From: Basidiobolus meristosporus CBS 931.73
Taxonomy: Eukaryota; Fungi; Basidiobolomycota
Assembly (NCBI GenBank): GCA_002104905.1
Contig: MCFE01000758.1
Span: 1 to 38,931 of the forward strand
Reading direction: 5' to 3'
DNA: 38,931 nt
Positions within the stretch are counted from its first letter, which is position 1. The number at the start of each line of letters is the position of its first letter. The position numbers and the translations under genes are program-made. Below, in pieces: positions 1-12,808 of the stretch. The notes beneath the pieces were generated by a model. The model was not told the DNA's origin. It saw only the letters and a program-made list of their open reading frames with translations, and made no database searches.

Positions 1-214
1 AGGTATATATCCTGCTTTTTATGCCAGAAGTAAGCACCTGATATTAGAGACATCCCATATGGGGAGCTATGGAGGATGACTTAGTTAACTAAGCTTACAT
101 CCCTACTGATGATACAAGTGCAAACATATTTACCAAGTCATTAGCTAGAGACAAAGTCAAATGTCTTATACCACAATTAGGACAAGTCAACATGAGTATT
201 TAGTTGAGCAGGAG

Positions 215-579
215 TGTTGTGAGTATTGTATTTACATCTAAATGGTCACCTAACTTGGCTGCTTGGATCACTAACCTACCAATCTCCAAGAATCCTGACC
301 AAATTCCTTGATGGGACCCACTGATAATATATATTCACCAAAACATCAGGTACTCAAAACATGAAATTTTGTTAAACAGTCCAAAACAGCCCCAAACTCT
401 CCACACATGCTTTTGGGACCTTCCTAGATATTTCCTATGTATTTTCTTGCCTTGTATTTTCTTGCCAAGACCATGTAAAGGTATAAATATTATCTTACAT
501 TCAAAAGTTCTTTAAATGAAGACAACATAATCTACTTGTTCTCCTAATTTCTTCCAGTATTTCCAAAACTCTTACAACA
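215..579 (+). repeat. Copia LTR (365 bp)
   Basis: Starts TGTTGT immediately after the PPT and ends ACAACA (terminal inverted repeat). Internal motifs such as CAGCCCCAAA and CACATG...GGGACCTT are shared with the other copies. Confidence 0.85.
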
Positions 580-788
580 GTAATTACAAAGCTTACAAGA
601 ATTAAGTAGATGGACAAGAGATACTTTCTCACTTGAAAAGCTACAGAAGTTAGCCTAGTAAGCTCAGCTTACAATCCTACTTGTGAAATGATTGCAGATA
701 TAGTCATAACACCATTTGCCTGATACAGATTTGAATATTATAGACCACAAATAGGTCAAGTTCATATGGATACTTAGTTGAGCAGGAG

Positions 789-1112
789 TGTGATAAGCAC
801 TTTGATTATATCAAGCTACTCTGTTGTCTTGGTCACTTATGTCATACATTGATTGGATCCCCTGCTGAAATTTACACGGAGCATTTTACTAGAATGCTAG
901 GTGGCCAGGACATGAGAGATCTCAAAGTTGTCCAAAGGCCCTAAACCTTGTACACATGTTCTTGGGACCTTCTTAAGCATATCCCACATTTTTGTCTTGC
1001 CAAGACCATGTAAATGTATAAGTACCACTTTCACATTCAACAAATCACAAGGTGAAAACCCCACAGTCAACTTGTCCTCCCAATCACCACCAATATCTCC
1101 GAAACTCTCACC
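789..1112 (+). repeat. Copia LTR, 3' end degraded
   Basis: Follows a second AGTTGAGCAGGAG and is colinear with LTR 215-579 up to AAACTCT at about 1108. The canonical ACAACA end is missing. ORFs 897..1232 and 928..1266 are readings through it. Confidence 0.75.
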
Positions 1113-1538
1113 GCGGTTGAGGCTTAAGATGAACTCCAGGCTTATGATACAGTTGGAAATACTCCCCCGACGTGAGACCAAGAAGTGGGCGAATCCGTTC
1201 AAGAGTAATGGGAAAGCCCGGATGCTTGGCACTCATTATGGTGGGTGGAAGTGGGCACTGAAATAGAAGATTGAGCAAAAAACCTGGTTGGCACGTTCGA
1301 ATTGGCCTGTCTGACTGGTATGAGACCAATTGGTGACCATGCTTTCGAACCACAACTGCGGATCTGGAAGACAGGTGCAGCGTCAGTATCGATGCCATCA
1401 ACACGGCTTTGGAATTCTTAGCCAACAACCCAATCCACATGATGAAGTTGATCTGTCCACCAGTGGAGGTGGAAAAGGGAGCTGGCCGGTGGAAACGTGG
1501 CTAAGATTAGGGATTTTATTGGAGGAAGAGGGGGGGGA

Positions 1539-4500
1539 TCAAGGCACATCCAATTCCGGGAAGAGATAATGGTCCAAGTAACCGTAGAAATCACTGGACT
1601 TCGACTGAGTGGAGGGTCGAGAGATTCCCGCCGGGTCCCGTTGTCCTTGGGCGATCCGCTCCCAGTCCAGCCACCGGTGCATCGGGACCGAGGTGTGATC
1701 GAATTCCCCTTCTTTATGACTATGATCTAGACCGGTCTCCGATTCCCCCTCCACCAGTCTGGTCTGGCCCCAGGTGAAGTCGTCGAAGTGCCAATAGGCG
1801 TAGGTGGGCAGGACCAGGTTCCAGATGGGTAGGGTGAGCAGGTAGACGATCATGTACCACAGGTAGACGAACCTCCGGGTGGTGGAGAGGATCAGGAGGG
1901 CGGGCAAACCAAGGACCAAACTGAGCAACACAAGGGGGATGACGGGGACCGATTTCCCCAGGAAAGAGATCCCAAGCAGGTAGAGGGTGAAGAGGATGGC
2001 CGCGGGTAGGACCACAGTCCCGAGCAGCTCCATGAACACGAAGAACTGCATGGAGAAGCAGAAGATCCCGCACAGATCCCGGACCAACACCAATTCCAGC
2101 ATGTTGTGCACGGTGGAGTTGATCCAGCGTCGTCGCTGGGAGAGGAGCACCGCGAAGGTGTCCGGTACCACCGTCTTGCAGATCGCCTGGGGGACGAAGA
2201 GCAGCTTTCGTTTGGGGAAGGTTTTGAGAAGCAGGGTGGTGAGGTACCGGTCCTCCCCGAGCAGCAGGAGGTTCTTCTTGTGGAGGGTGTCGACGATGTT
2301 CTCCGAGTAGTGCTCGATCACATCCGGATTGGCCAGGATAGGCACCCAGTAGTCGTTCGGCCCCTTGCGCGTCTTGATACGGTACATGGAAAAGCATCCG
2401 GGGAGGCAGGTGACCCCGCCGAAGACGGACTCGAAGGACTTGGACAGGTGGTGCGATATATGGTACTCGAAGACTGTTGGAAGGGGGGAGGTCAGTGTCC
2501 ATTCGATCGGATCCATGAAGGAGAAACTTACCTTGCATCATAGTGACCCAGCTATCGTTCTTGTTGGCGATCTTGGTCTCGCCGCAGCAGCCCATCACCA
2601 GGTCCTCCCGGGCCATGCACGCAGCCATGTGAGTGAGGGAATCTTTATGGACCTTCGTGTCGGCGTCCACCTTTGGAATAAGCGAGGTTAGTGGATTGCC
2701 AGCTAGGACCGCGAGAGCAGGGCACTCACCATCATCAATAGCTCGTAACGATCGGGGCTGACCCCGGATACCTTCCACATCATGTTGAACAACTCGAACT
2801 CGAAGGGGCTCATACGCTCGTCGAACATCACCTTCTGAAAGAAACTCATCAGCATGATCTGGCTGTCCCGCTTCCCACGATTCCCCGGCTTACTACTGCC
2901 CACCTCCTCCGGGGCGCCACACTTGACGATCACGATCATGGGGACCTTGGAGATCCCCGCCGACGCTGACTGTTCGTATTGATAATGACCAGCGTAGATT
3001 TTGGCCGTGTTGTGTCGCTTACGACCGTCGGCAATGGCTACGTAGGCGTACGGCTGGACCTGTGAGAAGGGGACGATCTCGTCCCCAAGCATGGAAAGAC
3101 AAATGTCGGGGGTCGACATCTCGTTACCGGCCCCGGTGATCTGGCCGTCCGCGATGACCAGGATCAACTTGTGGGAGATCGGGTAGTGAGTGGTGGCCAA
3201 CGACTCCAACGTCGTGCGCAGCCCCTCTTTACCTTCGGAATAGCAGGTGACCAACAGGATGCAATGAAGCGGGTCGAAATTCACCAGAGGGTATTCCGGC
3301 TCTTCGGGGGGTACGCGTGGGGAGATCGGTAGGCACGGGGAGGAAAACACCGGGTAGGTGGTGGTTCCCACTGGATAGGGCTCGGCCCGGAGGCTGAGAA
3401 GACGGGATTCATGGCTTTCCCTTATGCTCTGAAGCTTCCCAGGCTCAAGGCCATCGCCTGGTAGGTGGCGGGTGATATGCTTTTCGTAATGCCCATGCTT
3501 CCTGCGAAGCTTTCCTTGCTTGCGGAGCCTTCTACCTGGCTCGGCCCCAGGGAGCGGTACCGTATACCTGGACACGCGCGGCATGCTTCCAAAGAAGGAT
3601 TTCTTTCCATCTGCCTCCGCTCTACGACTACAAAGGGGGTCAATGAATGGGCCACTCAACGCAGGCAATCCTCCCTGGCCATACCTTACATGGATGTCGT
3701 TGGTATCCGCCCAGATCTCCAGCTCCCTCTCCCGTCTCCTCCGTTGCTCGAAGCTCTCGTTGGCCACGGCACCCATTCTCCAGCTGACCACCCAGCCGAA
3801 ATAGACGGCCAGAAGAAACCGGATCACCACGAGGGCCACAATGGCCAGCAGGCTCAGGACGAGAAAGATGTTGGCGAGGATGCAGCCGATGGTCTGCGAG
3901 TCCACCACCCCCACCTTGATGGTGTCCACCAGACACCTGGCCAGTCGAGGGTTCCGGTTCAGGAAGAAGGTGATGTCTTTCCCTCCCATCTGCGGATTGG
4001 TCGAGATCAGCTCCAGCATGTCCGGGGGAAGAATGAAGTCCAATGGAGAGATCCAACGAAGCCGATCAAGGTCAAGTACGTTACTGTGCCACAAAAGAAT
4101 CTGTCCATGAGTACAGGCAGCAATACAGGTGAATAGAAGAACAGGTGTGAATCCTCTTTAATATGAAACACATACCCGTCGTACACGACCAGACTGGAGT
4201 TGGTCATCTGGATGTCTGACCAATAGTAGAACACCTCGCCGATGAGGATCTGGCTCAGGCAGTTGATCAGGTAGGGCGTGGCCGTGTGGCATCCTCTTCC
4301 GCTGGGATTGGCCGTGGGATTGACAATGATCGTGCCATTAAAGGCGTTATTTTCGATGGGTATACAAGGAAACATGGAATTGATGGGAGAAGGAGACGGC
4401 GACGGCGACATGAAAAATGAGGATCTGGGTTGGATTACCTCTCGACAGCTACTGTAGTCCTGCTGGAACAGAAAGGACAGGTCTTTACCGTTTAACGAGT

Positions 4501-5345
4501 CGCCGCCTCCGAACGAGCGGGCGGCTGCTGCCGAGCCCTCCGGGAAGGTGGGATGCTGGAATCCATGCAGATTGTATACTTTCCCATGGATGATCACTCG
4601 GGATCCACCTACCTCGGAGACGTGGTATTGAACCGGAGGGAATCCGCAGATTACCTCGTTGAACCCAAACGTGAGAAACGCCACACTGAGAATAATCAAG
4701 GCAATGATGATGCACAGAGTCACCTTCTCTCGCCAAGCCTGCTGCACGTCCGGGCTTTTCATGCCTGCAGGAGGATGGGTGAGCAGTAAGTGTGAGTACT
4801 CGGATGATGATGCTGATGCTGATGCCAATCTTACCTGATCTCCGTAGACAGCACCCCAATATGCAGCAGGTCATGGTCCTGGAGCAACACACCCACGGCT
4901 TGGGTAGCTTTTTTCTCCAGGAGGGGATTTTGTCGGTGGGCAAGGGATACTCCCGCCGGATCGAATCCGCCCTTCCCAGGATGCTTACGCCACGTCTTGG
5001 TCTTTGTGTAGGGCTGGTCGAGTCAGAGGAAGCATCCTGCTGATCCAGCGACCTGGCAATGGAAAACGTATGAAATTGCCGGTGGCTCTTGTCGATCTTT
5101 TCTCGTTCATGCCGCACGAAGGAGGTTCGTCGACCACTACGGGCTGGCTTGTGCGGGCCGTAAATAATGGAGAGGCGTTGGTGGGACGATCCCTCATTAT
5201 GGCGAGCGTTGGCCTGGGCGGGTGTGGTTTGGCTGCTCCGGCTGGCTGACTCTTGCTTGTCTGTACCTTGCGAAGGTCGGTCTGAGGTGGATTTGGGTTT
5301 GGATGGGGAAAGGATACTCACGTCAGGAGGGACTTCTTTGATCAT
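1539..5345 (-). CDS. CHS3: Chitin synthase, class IV (Chs3-like), copy A, about 1175 aa, 5 exons
   Basis: Exons 5345-4835, 4764-4176, 4083-2730, 2670-2532, 2473-1539 join in frame (3528 nt) with GT..AG introns. Motifs [43 protein letters not shown] and QRRRW are intact; AATAAA lies about 20 nt after the stop. The start codon is uncertain (an upstream exon is possible). Confidence 0.93.
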
Positions 5346-6201
5346 ATTTTTGAAGGGGTGACTGTCACTTTCTTCGAGGGTTCGGATAGCCACCTAGGTG
5401 CTATGGGTACGATCGGGCGACCAGCGACAAATAAATTAGACGACGTTCAAAGGGGATTGGCTGGGATCACTTGCGAAGTGACATTCAAAGGGAAAAGAAG
5501 GTGGTTGGAAACGAAGCAGAGAATTCGCAAGGAGATAAAGAGAGATGCTCTTCTGGCAATCGATGTCGCAGGTAAAAGTATCAAACCCGTGGCTCCTCGG
5601 GCATTTCTTCTGCACCCTCTAACAAACCTTATCGATCCATGCATCAAGTCGGTGATTGTGACTGCCACAACGCAACATGATCAGTGCGAAATAACAATCC
5701 TGTTTCATGGCCATCTACCCCATTCGGAGAGATTGGCAGGGACTTCGATGCTTAATATTTACAATGGTTGTAGGACCGTCAGGGGTAACCACATACCAAT
5801 GTGGTGGTATGCGGTAATGAGACAGTCGGGTTTCTGATAGAAACATTACTCTAAAACACGTTCGGCGCCTTCAAGAAGTAGGTTCTTCGGAGAAGGTAAT
5901 TTGACATTGTGTTTATAGAAAACTCAAAGAATTCATGTGATGCCACGCTAACTTAAGTAGGGATTCGAGGGAGGGGCGATGGTTATGGGAAGGCGTCGAT
6001 AATTCTGAATCAGTTACAAATTTTGATCCCCATGCATCACGAGGGCCCAGCCAATCAGACAGGGCTCCCCCTCTTTCCAGAGAGCTGAGGATGAGCGCAT
6101 TAACCCATGATTTGATCAACCACGTCAATGCCAGGCTTGATGCAACAGCCATAATACGCTAATACGTCCATTAGTTCTTCGATAACTCTTCAACCTAAAT
6201 C

Positions 6202-7421
6202 ATGTGGCTCTCACGTTCTAATCTGTGGATAGCAGCGGTATGCGGTTTAGGTCTCCTCACTATGACCTCGGTACAAGCGGAGGAGGCCCCCGAATGCACC
6301 TACTACGATCCTGACACGAAGAACTTCTACGATCTGCGTCCTTTGATTAGGGAATCAGGGTAAGCCCTTGGTTTCGAGGGACCAAACGTTAGTACTTCCC
6401 AGGAGCACTCCCTCATGATGACCGCCCGTTTGCTTCTTTGATAGGGAGGATTGGACCATGAAACCCAGGTCCGGCGGCGAGGCCAAGCTGAACGTTTGTC
6501 ACGAAATCCTGGACTCCAAGACCGGCTTGAAATTTCCCCAAGGGGTTGGCTCCTTCTACAGAGCAGACGTAAAGGGTTATTCCATTGGGTAATGCCCGCT
6601 CTACTGCGCCATATCCCTCCACCCAAAACTATACCTTGACTAACCACCAGCTCCCTCTCCACCCTCCACACTATAGAAAGGCAAACACCAAACCCTTCGT
6701 CAAAGGTAAATAGTGGTATGTCCTTCCTCCGACTCAGTCCTAACCGTGCTTTAGAACAAAACCTGATGCTCAAGTACGTTGACGGAGACGAATGTCCAGG
6801 CAGTCAAAAGACCCGCACCTCCATGATTTTCTTCGAGTGCGACAACTCCGTGAAGGGCCAGGTTGATCCTCTGGACCGATTGGGCGTGCACTTGAACAGT
6901 AACTGACCTTCATTTTTGTCGACACTAGGGCGAACCCGAATTCCTTGCCGAACACGATAACTGCGTGTACATGTTCCGGTGGAAAACCCCCGCGGCCTGC
7001 CCGGTGGTCCAACAAAGCGGCAAAAAGCTGGGCGGTGGGGCGATCTTTGCCATCATGTAAGTTGAGTAGGAGACGCGCCTCCTTCACGCAGCACTAACCC
7101 CTCCTACGTGTGTAGTATGTCTGTGTTGGCCGGAGTCTACTTGATCGGAGGAATCATCTACAAGAGAGTTGTCCTGGGACAGCGTGGACTTAACCAACTG
7201 CCAAACGCCGAATACTGGAGAGCCATTGGAAACTTCGTGAAGGTGAGCGGGCACTGGCACCATGCAGCGAGGGGCCTATTTTCTAATCTTATTTCTGGCT
7301 CTAGAACCTCTTCCGCATGGCCTTCCCTTCATGCTGCGGCAACCGCTCACGTCAATACAACTATGGCCATCTGAACACCGATGAGGAAAATGTGTTTATT
7401 GACGAGGATGACGAAGAATAG
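6202..7421 (+). CDS. Mannose-6-phosphate receptor homology (MRH) type I membrane protein, Mrl1/ATG27/CD-MPR-like, 269 aa, 7 exons
   Basis: Exons 6202-6359, 6445-6588, 6677-6705, 6755-6861, 6929-7056, 7116-7242, 7305-7421 join in frame (810 nt). Features: signal peptide, YDLRPL, LKYVDGDECP, RTSMIFFEC, CVYMFRWKTPAAC, a TM helix, GLNQLPNAEYW, acidic tail. Confidence 0.88.
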
Positions 7422-7554
7422 ATGTTGTCCAGTCGATGAAAAATCCCATTTTACAAATAAATGCTTACATCAGTGAAACATTCACCATCGAGCGACGAGA
7501 TAGCGACGAGGTAGACATTAGGATAGAGTGCGTATTAGAGGATAGGGGGTCTGT

Positions 7555-9902
7555 TTAGAATGCAAAGTCAGTACGGAACGCGTTCATGTCCCTGCGGTCA
7601 CAGGCGGCAATCAGATCCGGTCGCTCGATCCAGTCCATCGCCATCCGCAGAGTATCCCAGATATTGTCAGACATCATCGAGTTGATCGTCGAGCCGTCAC
7701 CGCTCTGAAGCGCCAATGCCTGGAGAAGATGCTCCGCAGCCTCCTTATGCTGGCCCAGATTGATGCAGCTCACGGCAAGGTTGTATCTGGCCCGGATGTA
7801 GTTGGGGTTGATTTCCAGGGCGTGGAAGTAGGCATCGATCGCCTTGGACGGGTCATGGGAATTGGCCAGGGTGGCACCCAACTTGTTCCACAGTAGATAG
7901 TCTTCAGGCTTGTACGCGAGCGCAGTCTGGAAGCAATCCACCGCCTTCTCGTATTCCTCGGCAATGTTCAGCAGAACCCCTAGACCGACCTGGACATCAG
8001 GGTCGAACTCCTGCTCAGCATTGGCCCGGACCGCTTCCAGATACATCTCCATCACTGCTGCCTGTCTGTCGTATTGTGAGCTACTACTGGGGTGGCATAG
8101 ATTTGAATACCTGTCATGGTTACGAATCCACGATTCCAGAGCATCGTACGCGTACGACTTGTACCCTTCGTTGGTGTACGAGACAGATAGTCCCATCCAA
8201 GCGTCCAGGATCTTGGGGTCGATGTCGATGGCGCGCTTTAGACTGGCTATCGCCATACCGTCCTGCTCGTTCTCTTGCTGTTTTGTCCCTAGAAGATACC
8301 ACGATTGGCCGTCCTGTGGATCAAGCTGAACTTTGGCTTCCAATACGAGGATAGCATTGTTGAGGTCGCTGTTGAGGTCGATGTTCGCATCCAGCAGGCT
8401 AGGATTCTCAAGGTAGGGATTGTTGGCAGTAAACCGGTATTCCCCGTCAAGAGAGCTGGCTGTGTCTTTGGCTGTGTTCCATTGCTCCTCCATTGCCTCC
8501 CACTCGGAATCCTGGGGCGCAGTTCCCAAGTGGTTTTTGTATTCTTCCGACCAGCTCTCCAGTTGGTCGGCATTTCTAAACGCTTCCTCCATTTCACCAA
8601 ACTCTTGATCCTGAACCTCATCCCAATCGGCCTGTGTGCGTTCGAATTCTTTAGTCCAGTCTTGCTTGGGCAACGGTTGGGAGAACGTTGCGTTTGACGA
8701 CTCTCCGAACTCCTCGGCCCAGCTTCGCTCTAGCTTGGCTGCTTCGCCAATGGACATCCCTGCGTCCGATTGTCTGTTCAAGTAGCTGTCTATCCGGTCT
8801 TCAAACTCCGTGGCCCACGTGCTTCCGCCCTCGGCAGGTACCTTCTGCTCGACAATCTTGTTTCCTTCCACAGTTGCTTCCTGATCACGCAGCTTCCGCA
8901 TCAGGCCCAAGAATGTTGAATTCTGAAACTTGGGATTGGACGCATCGATCGATTCCAACAGGGCGCCTGCAGTTTTGGCCAATGCCTCTTTCGGATCGGA
9001 GATATTCTCTTCTTCTTGGAACTCCTTTGCCCAAGATTCTTGATCCATGAATTCGCTCTCCCAAGCGGCCTCTATAAAACACCAATGGAGTTAGAAAGGT
9101 GCTACGTTTCCAGTAAGCATCCATCCTCTCACCCTGCTTCGCAGTCTCATATGCTTTGTCAAACTCCTGGGTGTCGTGGGGTAAACTGGGGCCTTCATAC
9201 TTTTCGAACTCACTCTCCCAATGATGCTGGTCAGCTACGTATTATCATGAGCGCATGTTAATGAGTTTCTTCAGGAATCGTGCATGTAGAGCCAAACTAC
9301 CTAAAGGCGCTGCATGTTGAAAAGCCTCCTCAAACTCTTTGAAGTCGTGGAAATTTGGCCCTTGTGCTTCAACACCTTTGCCGTGTCTCATGAAGTCGTT
9401 TGCCCAGTCTGAGTTGACTTGTGGCGGTGGTTGCATGTGTATATTATCTAATTCCCGGTTTAAGCCTGTGAAATTGAAGGTCTCCATGGGTTGACCACCC
9501 TCTTGCAGAAACTCCTCAGTAAACTGAAGGCCAAGGTGTTTGGTTATTATTGTAGGCTATCAAGAACAGATCTGGCCAACTCAACTTACATTATGTTCCA
9601 TGGAGTTTGAGACGTTCGGTCGGTTGAATGCCTAAAACGAAAAACAAGAAAGTTAGCCCCTGGGATCAAGCGAGTGTACAGGGATCAACGCTACCTTACG
9701 GCCAGAGGTTTCCCCGTACCCTGCCTCAAATCTATCCTAAGACAAAGGACCAGTGAGTTACGGAGATCTTGTGCATAGCAGTCTACCTGGAGCTTACTTG
9801 TTGCAACGAACGATCTTGACCGAAATTTTTCATCAGGCTAGACAAACCATTTCCTCCGGAGCAATCAGCTCCAGAGTCCACTAAGTTTTGAAACGCCGAC
9901 AT
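7555..9902 (-). CDS. PEX5: Peroxisomal PTS1 receptor, about 676 aa, 6 exons
   Basis: Exons 9902-9798, 9736-9695, 9631-9590, 9523-9301, 9234-9133, 9071-7555 join in frame (2031 nt). N-terminal conserved Cys (GADCSGGN..QDRSLQQ), eight WxxxF/Y motifs, C-terminal TPRs (LWNKLGATLAN, YIRARYNLAVSCINLG). Confidence 0.96.
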
Positions 9903-10134
9903 GCCTTTGTTCGCCTAACTATTGGTATTACTAATGAAAGAGTGGACTGTGTCCAAGAGTGAAGCTTAAGTGTGTTTGCTGAGTGGCGCACTATTCCCAG
10001 GAATATTTAACCAAATGCGGGGGGAAGCCGAGAGAAAGCCGAAATTTATCCATTTGTACTTGACGTATAGTATGTTTATTATAGGGAGCACAACGATGTT
10101 TCAGTTTATCTAATATTGGCACGTGAATTGAAGG

Positions 10135-12808
10135 TCATGAGCGGTGAGGTGATTCAACCAGTGAAGCGGAACTGACCAGAGAATGGGCAGATATGCTCTT
10201 CAACAGGGCGCTTAGATCAGTTCTAGATCCTTTGGACCTTTTAACGGTAGAATAAGAGCCAGTGAAGATTTCCGAGGAGTCGCTATCGTCTTCGCACAAC
10301 GAGCTGCCGGAAGTCACCTTCAAAGCGTCTTTGAACTGCTCCACCTGAGGCGAGATCCTGCCTACGGGCTTCGATTCGAAGGTTCTGATGATAGGCGCAG
10401 CGAGCCTTGGTTGCTTTATCTTCGACACAAATTTGTTCTTGGGAGGCTCTGAGTGGATGAACTCCAGCAGTGCCGGCTCGTAGACCACATCCAAACGTTC
10501 ATTGAGGTCAGGGAACAGTTGTTTCAGCTGGCTTTCATGCTTCAGAATCTCTCGGATCTGCTCTGGGGATGCAAATTGCTTTGTTGGCCAGGCCTGTGGA
10601 GAGGCCACTCCCTCAAACCATAATCCTTCGGCTTTTCTGGCCTGGATCAAGTTCGAGGAATAATCCGACAATCCTCCAATGCATAGGAGGTCTCCCGCGT
10701 AAAGCAAATAGTCCAACAGAATTTGATCCATAATCCCTGGCTCAGCCGAGCTTTGGTGGATGTGGAACCATATGGGCAAAGCTCGGATGAGCTCGTCGCC
10801 CGCTTCTCGGTCAAGCAGCTTCTTGAAGACCAGAAGGATGTTGGTACAGTCCGCGCTAGTAATATGTTCTCTTGCGCCGTAGTCTATTAGCTTTTGGTGT
10901 AAATTAAGCCTAAATCGCAGATTCAGTGCTTTGTCAGCTATCACGGTCGACCCACTACGTGAATGTTTATGACTAGTGGCGTGCAGGTTGGGCGACAATG
11001 AGTTGATTAGAAAGTGGGTATATTCGCTTCGCACTACGAAGCTGTCGTTGGAAAGGAAAGGCAGAGTGGGAGTGAGGATGGGGAAAGGCACCTCGTTCCT
11101 TGATTTCCCCTCAGTTTGAACCAGATTGTTCATGCAACGGAGTAACTCGAGTTCGAAGGGAGGCATTGGCGAGGGTGTGCTGCTCTCGTTCGGCTGTAGC
11201 TTGTTGACTAGAAATGCTAGGATATCGTTGATCTGCTCAGTGTAGTACAAGTGAGTCCCCAGCCCAGCTGTTTAAAAGTCCGGTTAGTTGATGCGCCTGG
11301 CAAGGATTTGTATTGAGAAAATTACTTATTGCTGAGAGCAAACCACTCTTGAGTTCGGCCTCCAATGCCGAGGGTTGTTCGGTCGGATTGTTGTGATACG
11401 TTGCTCGCAAACAGCCTACGAAGCAATTCAGGTATTCGAGGACGGAGATACCGATGCTGGGGATGGGGGAGTTCAAACACGACTCGAGAACCTTCACCAG
11501 CGCAACATTCTTACAGGTGGCTTTGTCTGTTTGGCATTCATTCAGTAGCCTCAACACCTCGTTCACTATGATGTGACGATAGGACGTCTATTTGAAATCA
11601 AGAGAATTTAGCTATCTCGGGCTCGGCTCGGCTATGTGAGCGACAGAAATTACCGCTACCAAGGGCATCATAAAAGAGACCAAGCTGATGGGCAATTGTG
11701 TCGTTTCGTACTGGTGATATTTCTCTATGTAGCTTCACGTGACAGCTTAGCAAGTCTGCCGCAAAGTGCGATTGACAAAACCTTTACCTAAACACCGAAT
11801 CTACCACCAGAAATAGGTTCAACGGCGCACTGCACTCCAACAGTTGCTGCAGGCATTTCAATGCAATAAAGTTGACTTGGTCTTCGTTGGTGCCTTTCTC
11901 CGACGAATCGCTCAGTGATTTCCGTGCGTCCACCGCGTCCAACCTTGCCAACATCAATTAACAACAACGCCCCGAGTAAGCGAACTGCTCGGTACCAACC
12001 TATCTTTTGGAACGTCGAGTTGAGTGACGTTGTTCAATATTCCGTAGACCAATTTGGTGTAATATGCTTTGGAGTGAGTTGTTTTCATAAGTGGCGAAAC
12101 CAAAATGGAATAGATTCCGTATAAGCCTAATAATCTACGTTTGCAGCTCGATTAGCTGGAAGTGTGACGAGAAAAATCCACCCATAATTAGCGGTACCTT
12201 TGCCCCAAGGTGTTTTCAGAGTCGCAACAAGCCAGTTCGGAAAATCGAGTTACTAGGCAATCTATGCTAACGGTCAAGGTCTCATCGACGCCGATTGTTG
12301 CAGCGTCAAAATGAAGGCAGAAATTGTGAAACTAAAGGATAATATGGGATTCGTTAAGTAGCTGTAGACGTGGGAGAGTTCCGGTACAAGCATTACCATA
12401 TTTCCCGCTTGCCAGGCGGCGTCGTTCAATTGCGCTATGCACTTTTCTGTAACTCTAACAGCACTTTTGGCAAACAGGTTGAGGTCTTTTTCGCAGCTCT
12501 CAACCAATTGCTGGAAAATCTTTAGAGCAACGACAACACCACTGTTTTCGACACTTTGGTTAGGAAAGGGAATCTGAGGAAGAGTCAATTTTGCTGGTCA
12601 CTAGAACTTACTCCCAATTTTTCTTGGCCAGATCCTTCAGTAAGCATTTCTCTAAGTACGCGGACACTTTAAGAAGTTTCACTGGCCTTGAGGAAGCGTA
12701 GTAGGACAAGTAAGCAAGCTCGCTCTGTCTGGGACCTTTCTCCACTCCAGTCGGATAGCAGTTGTTTACTAGTCTAACATGGTTTTTGCTTGGAATACAA
12801 GAACACAT
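10135..12808 (-). CDS. EFR3: Plasma-membrane PI4-kinase scaffold EFR3, multi-exon
   Basis: N-terminus HVRLVNNCYP..SELAYLSYYASSRPVKLLKV..YLEK, then DLNLFA, FHNFC..D..VD and GLGTHLYYTEQIND match the EFR3 family. Short GT-AG introns separate the pieces; the central exon borders are not all resolved. Confidence 0.9.

Larger units (their letters stand above)
1..1112 (+). mobile_element. Degenerate Ty1/Copia remnants: two consecutive units of RNase H 3' end + polypurine tract + LTR
   Basis: 1-200 and 660-780 read as a decayed Copia RNase H tail (IPTDD..A.IFTKSLA.DK-like). Each is followed by AGTTGAGCAGGAG (PPT-like) and an LTR related to the copies at 25.0-29.0 kb. Confidence 0.85.

Noticed and set aside
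897-1266. ORFs 897..1232(-) and 928..1266(+)
   Set aside because: They read through a Copia LTR; no protein motif.
4803-4826. GAT/GCT trinucleotide run
   Set aside because: Short microsatellite inside CHS-A intron 1.
1720-5249. Numerous long antisense and alternative-frame ORFs over CHS-A (e.g. 1720..2778, 3465..4136)
   Set aside because: Shadows of GC-rich coding sequence. The same pattern recurs over PEX5, CHS-B, the C2H2 gene and the ODC-like gene.
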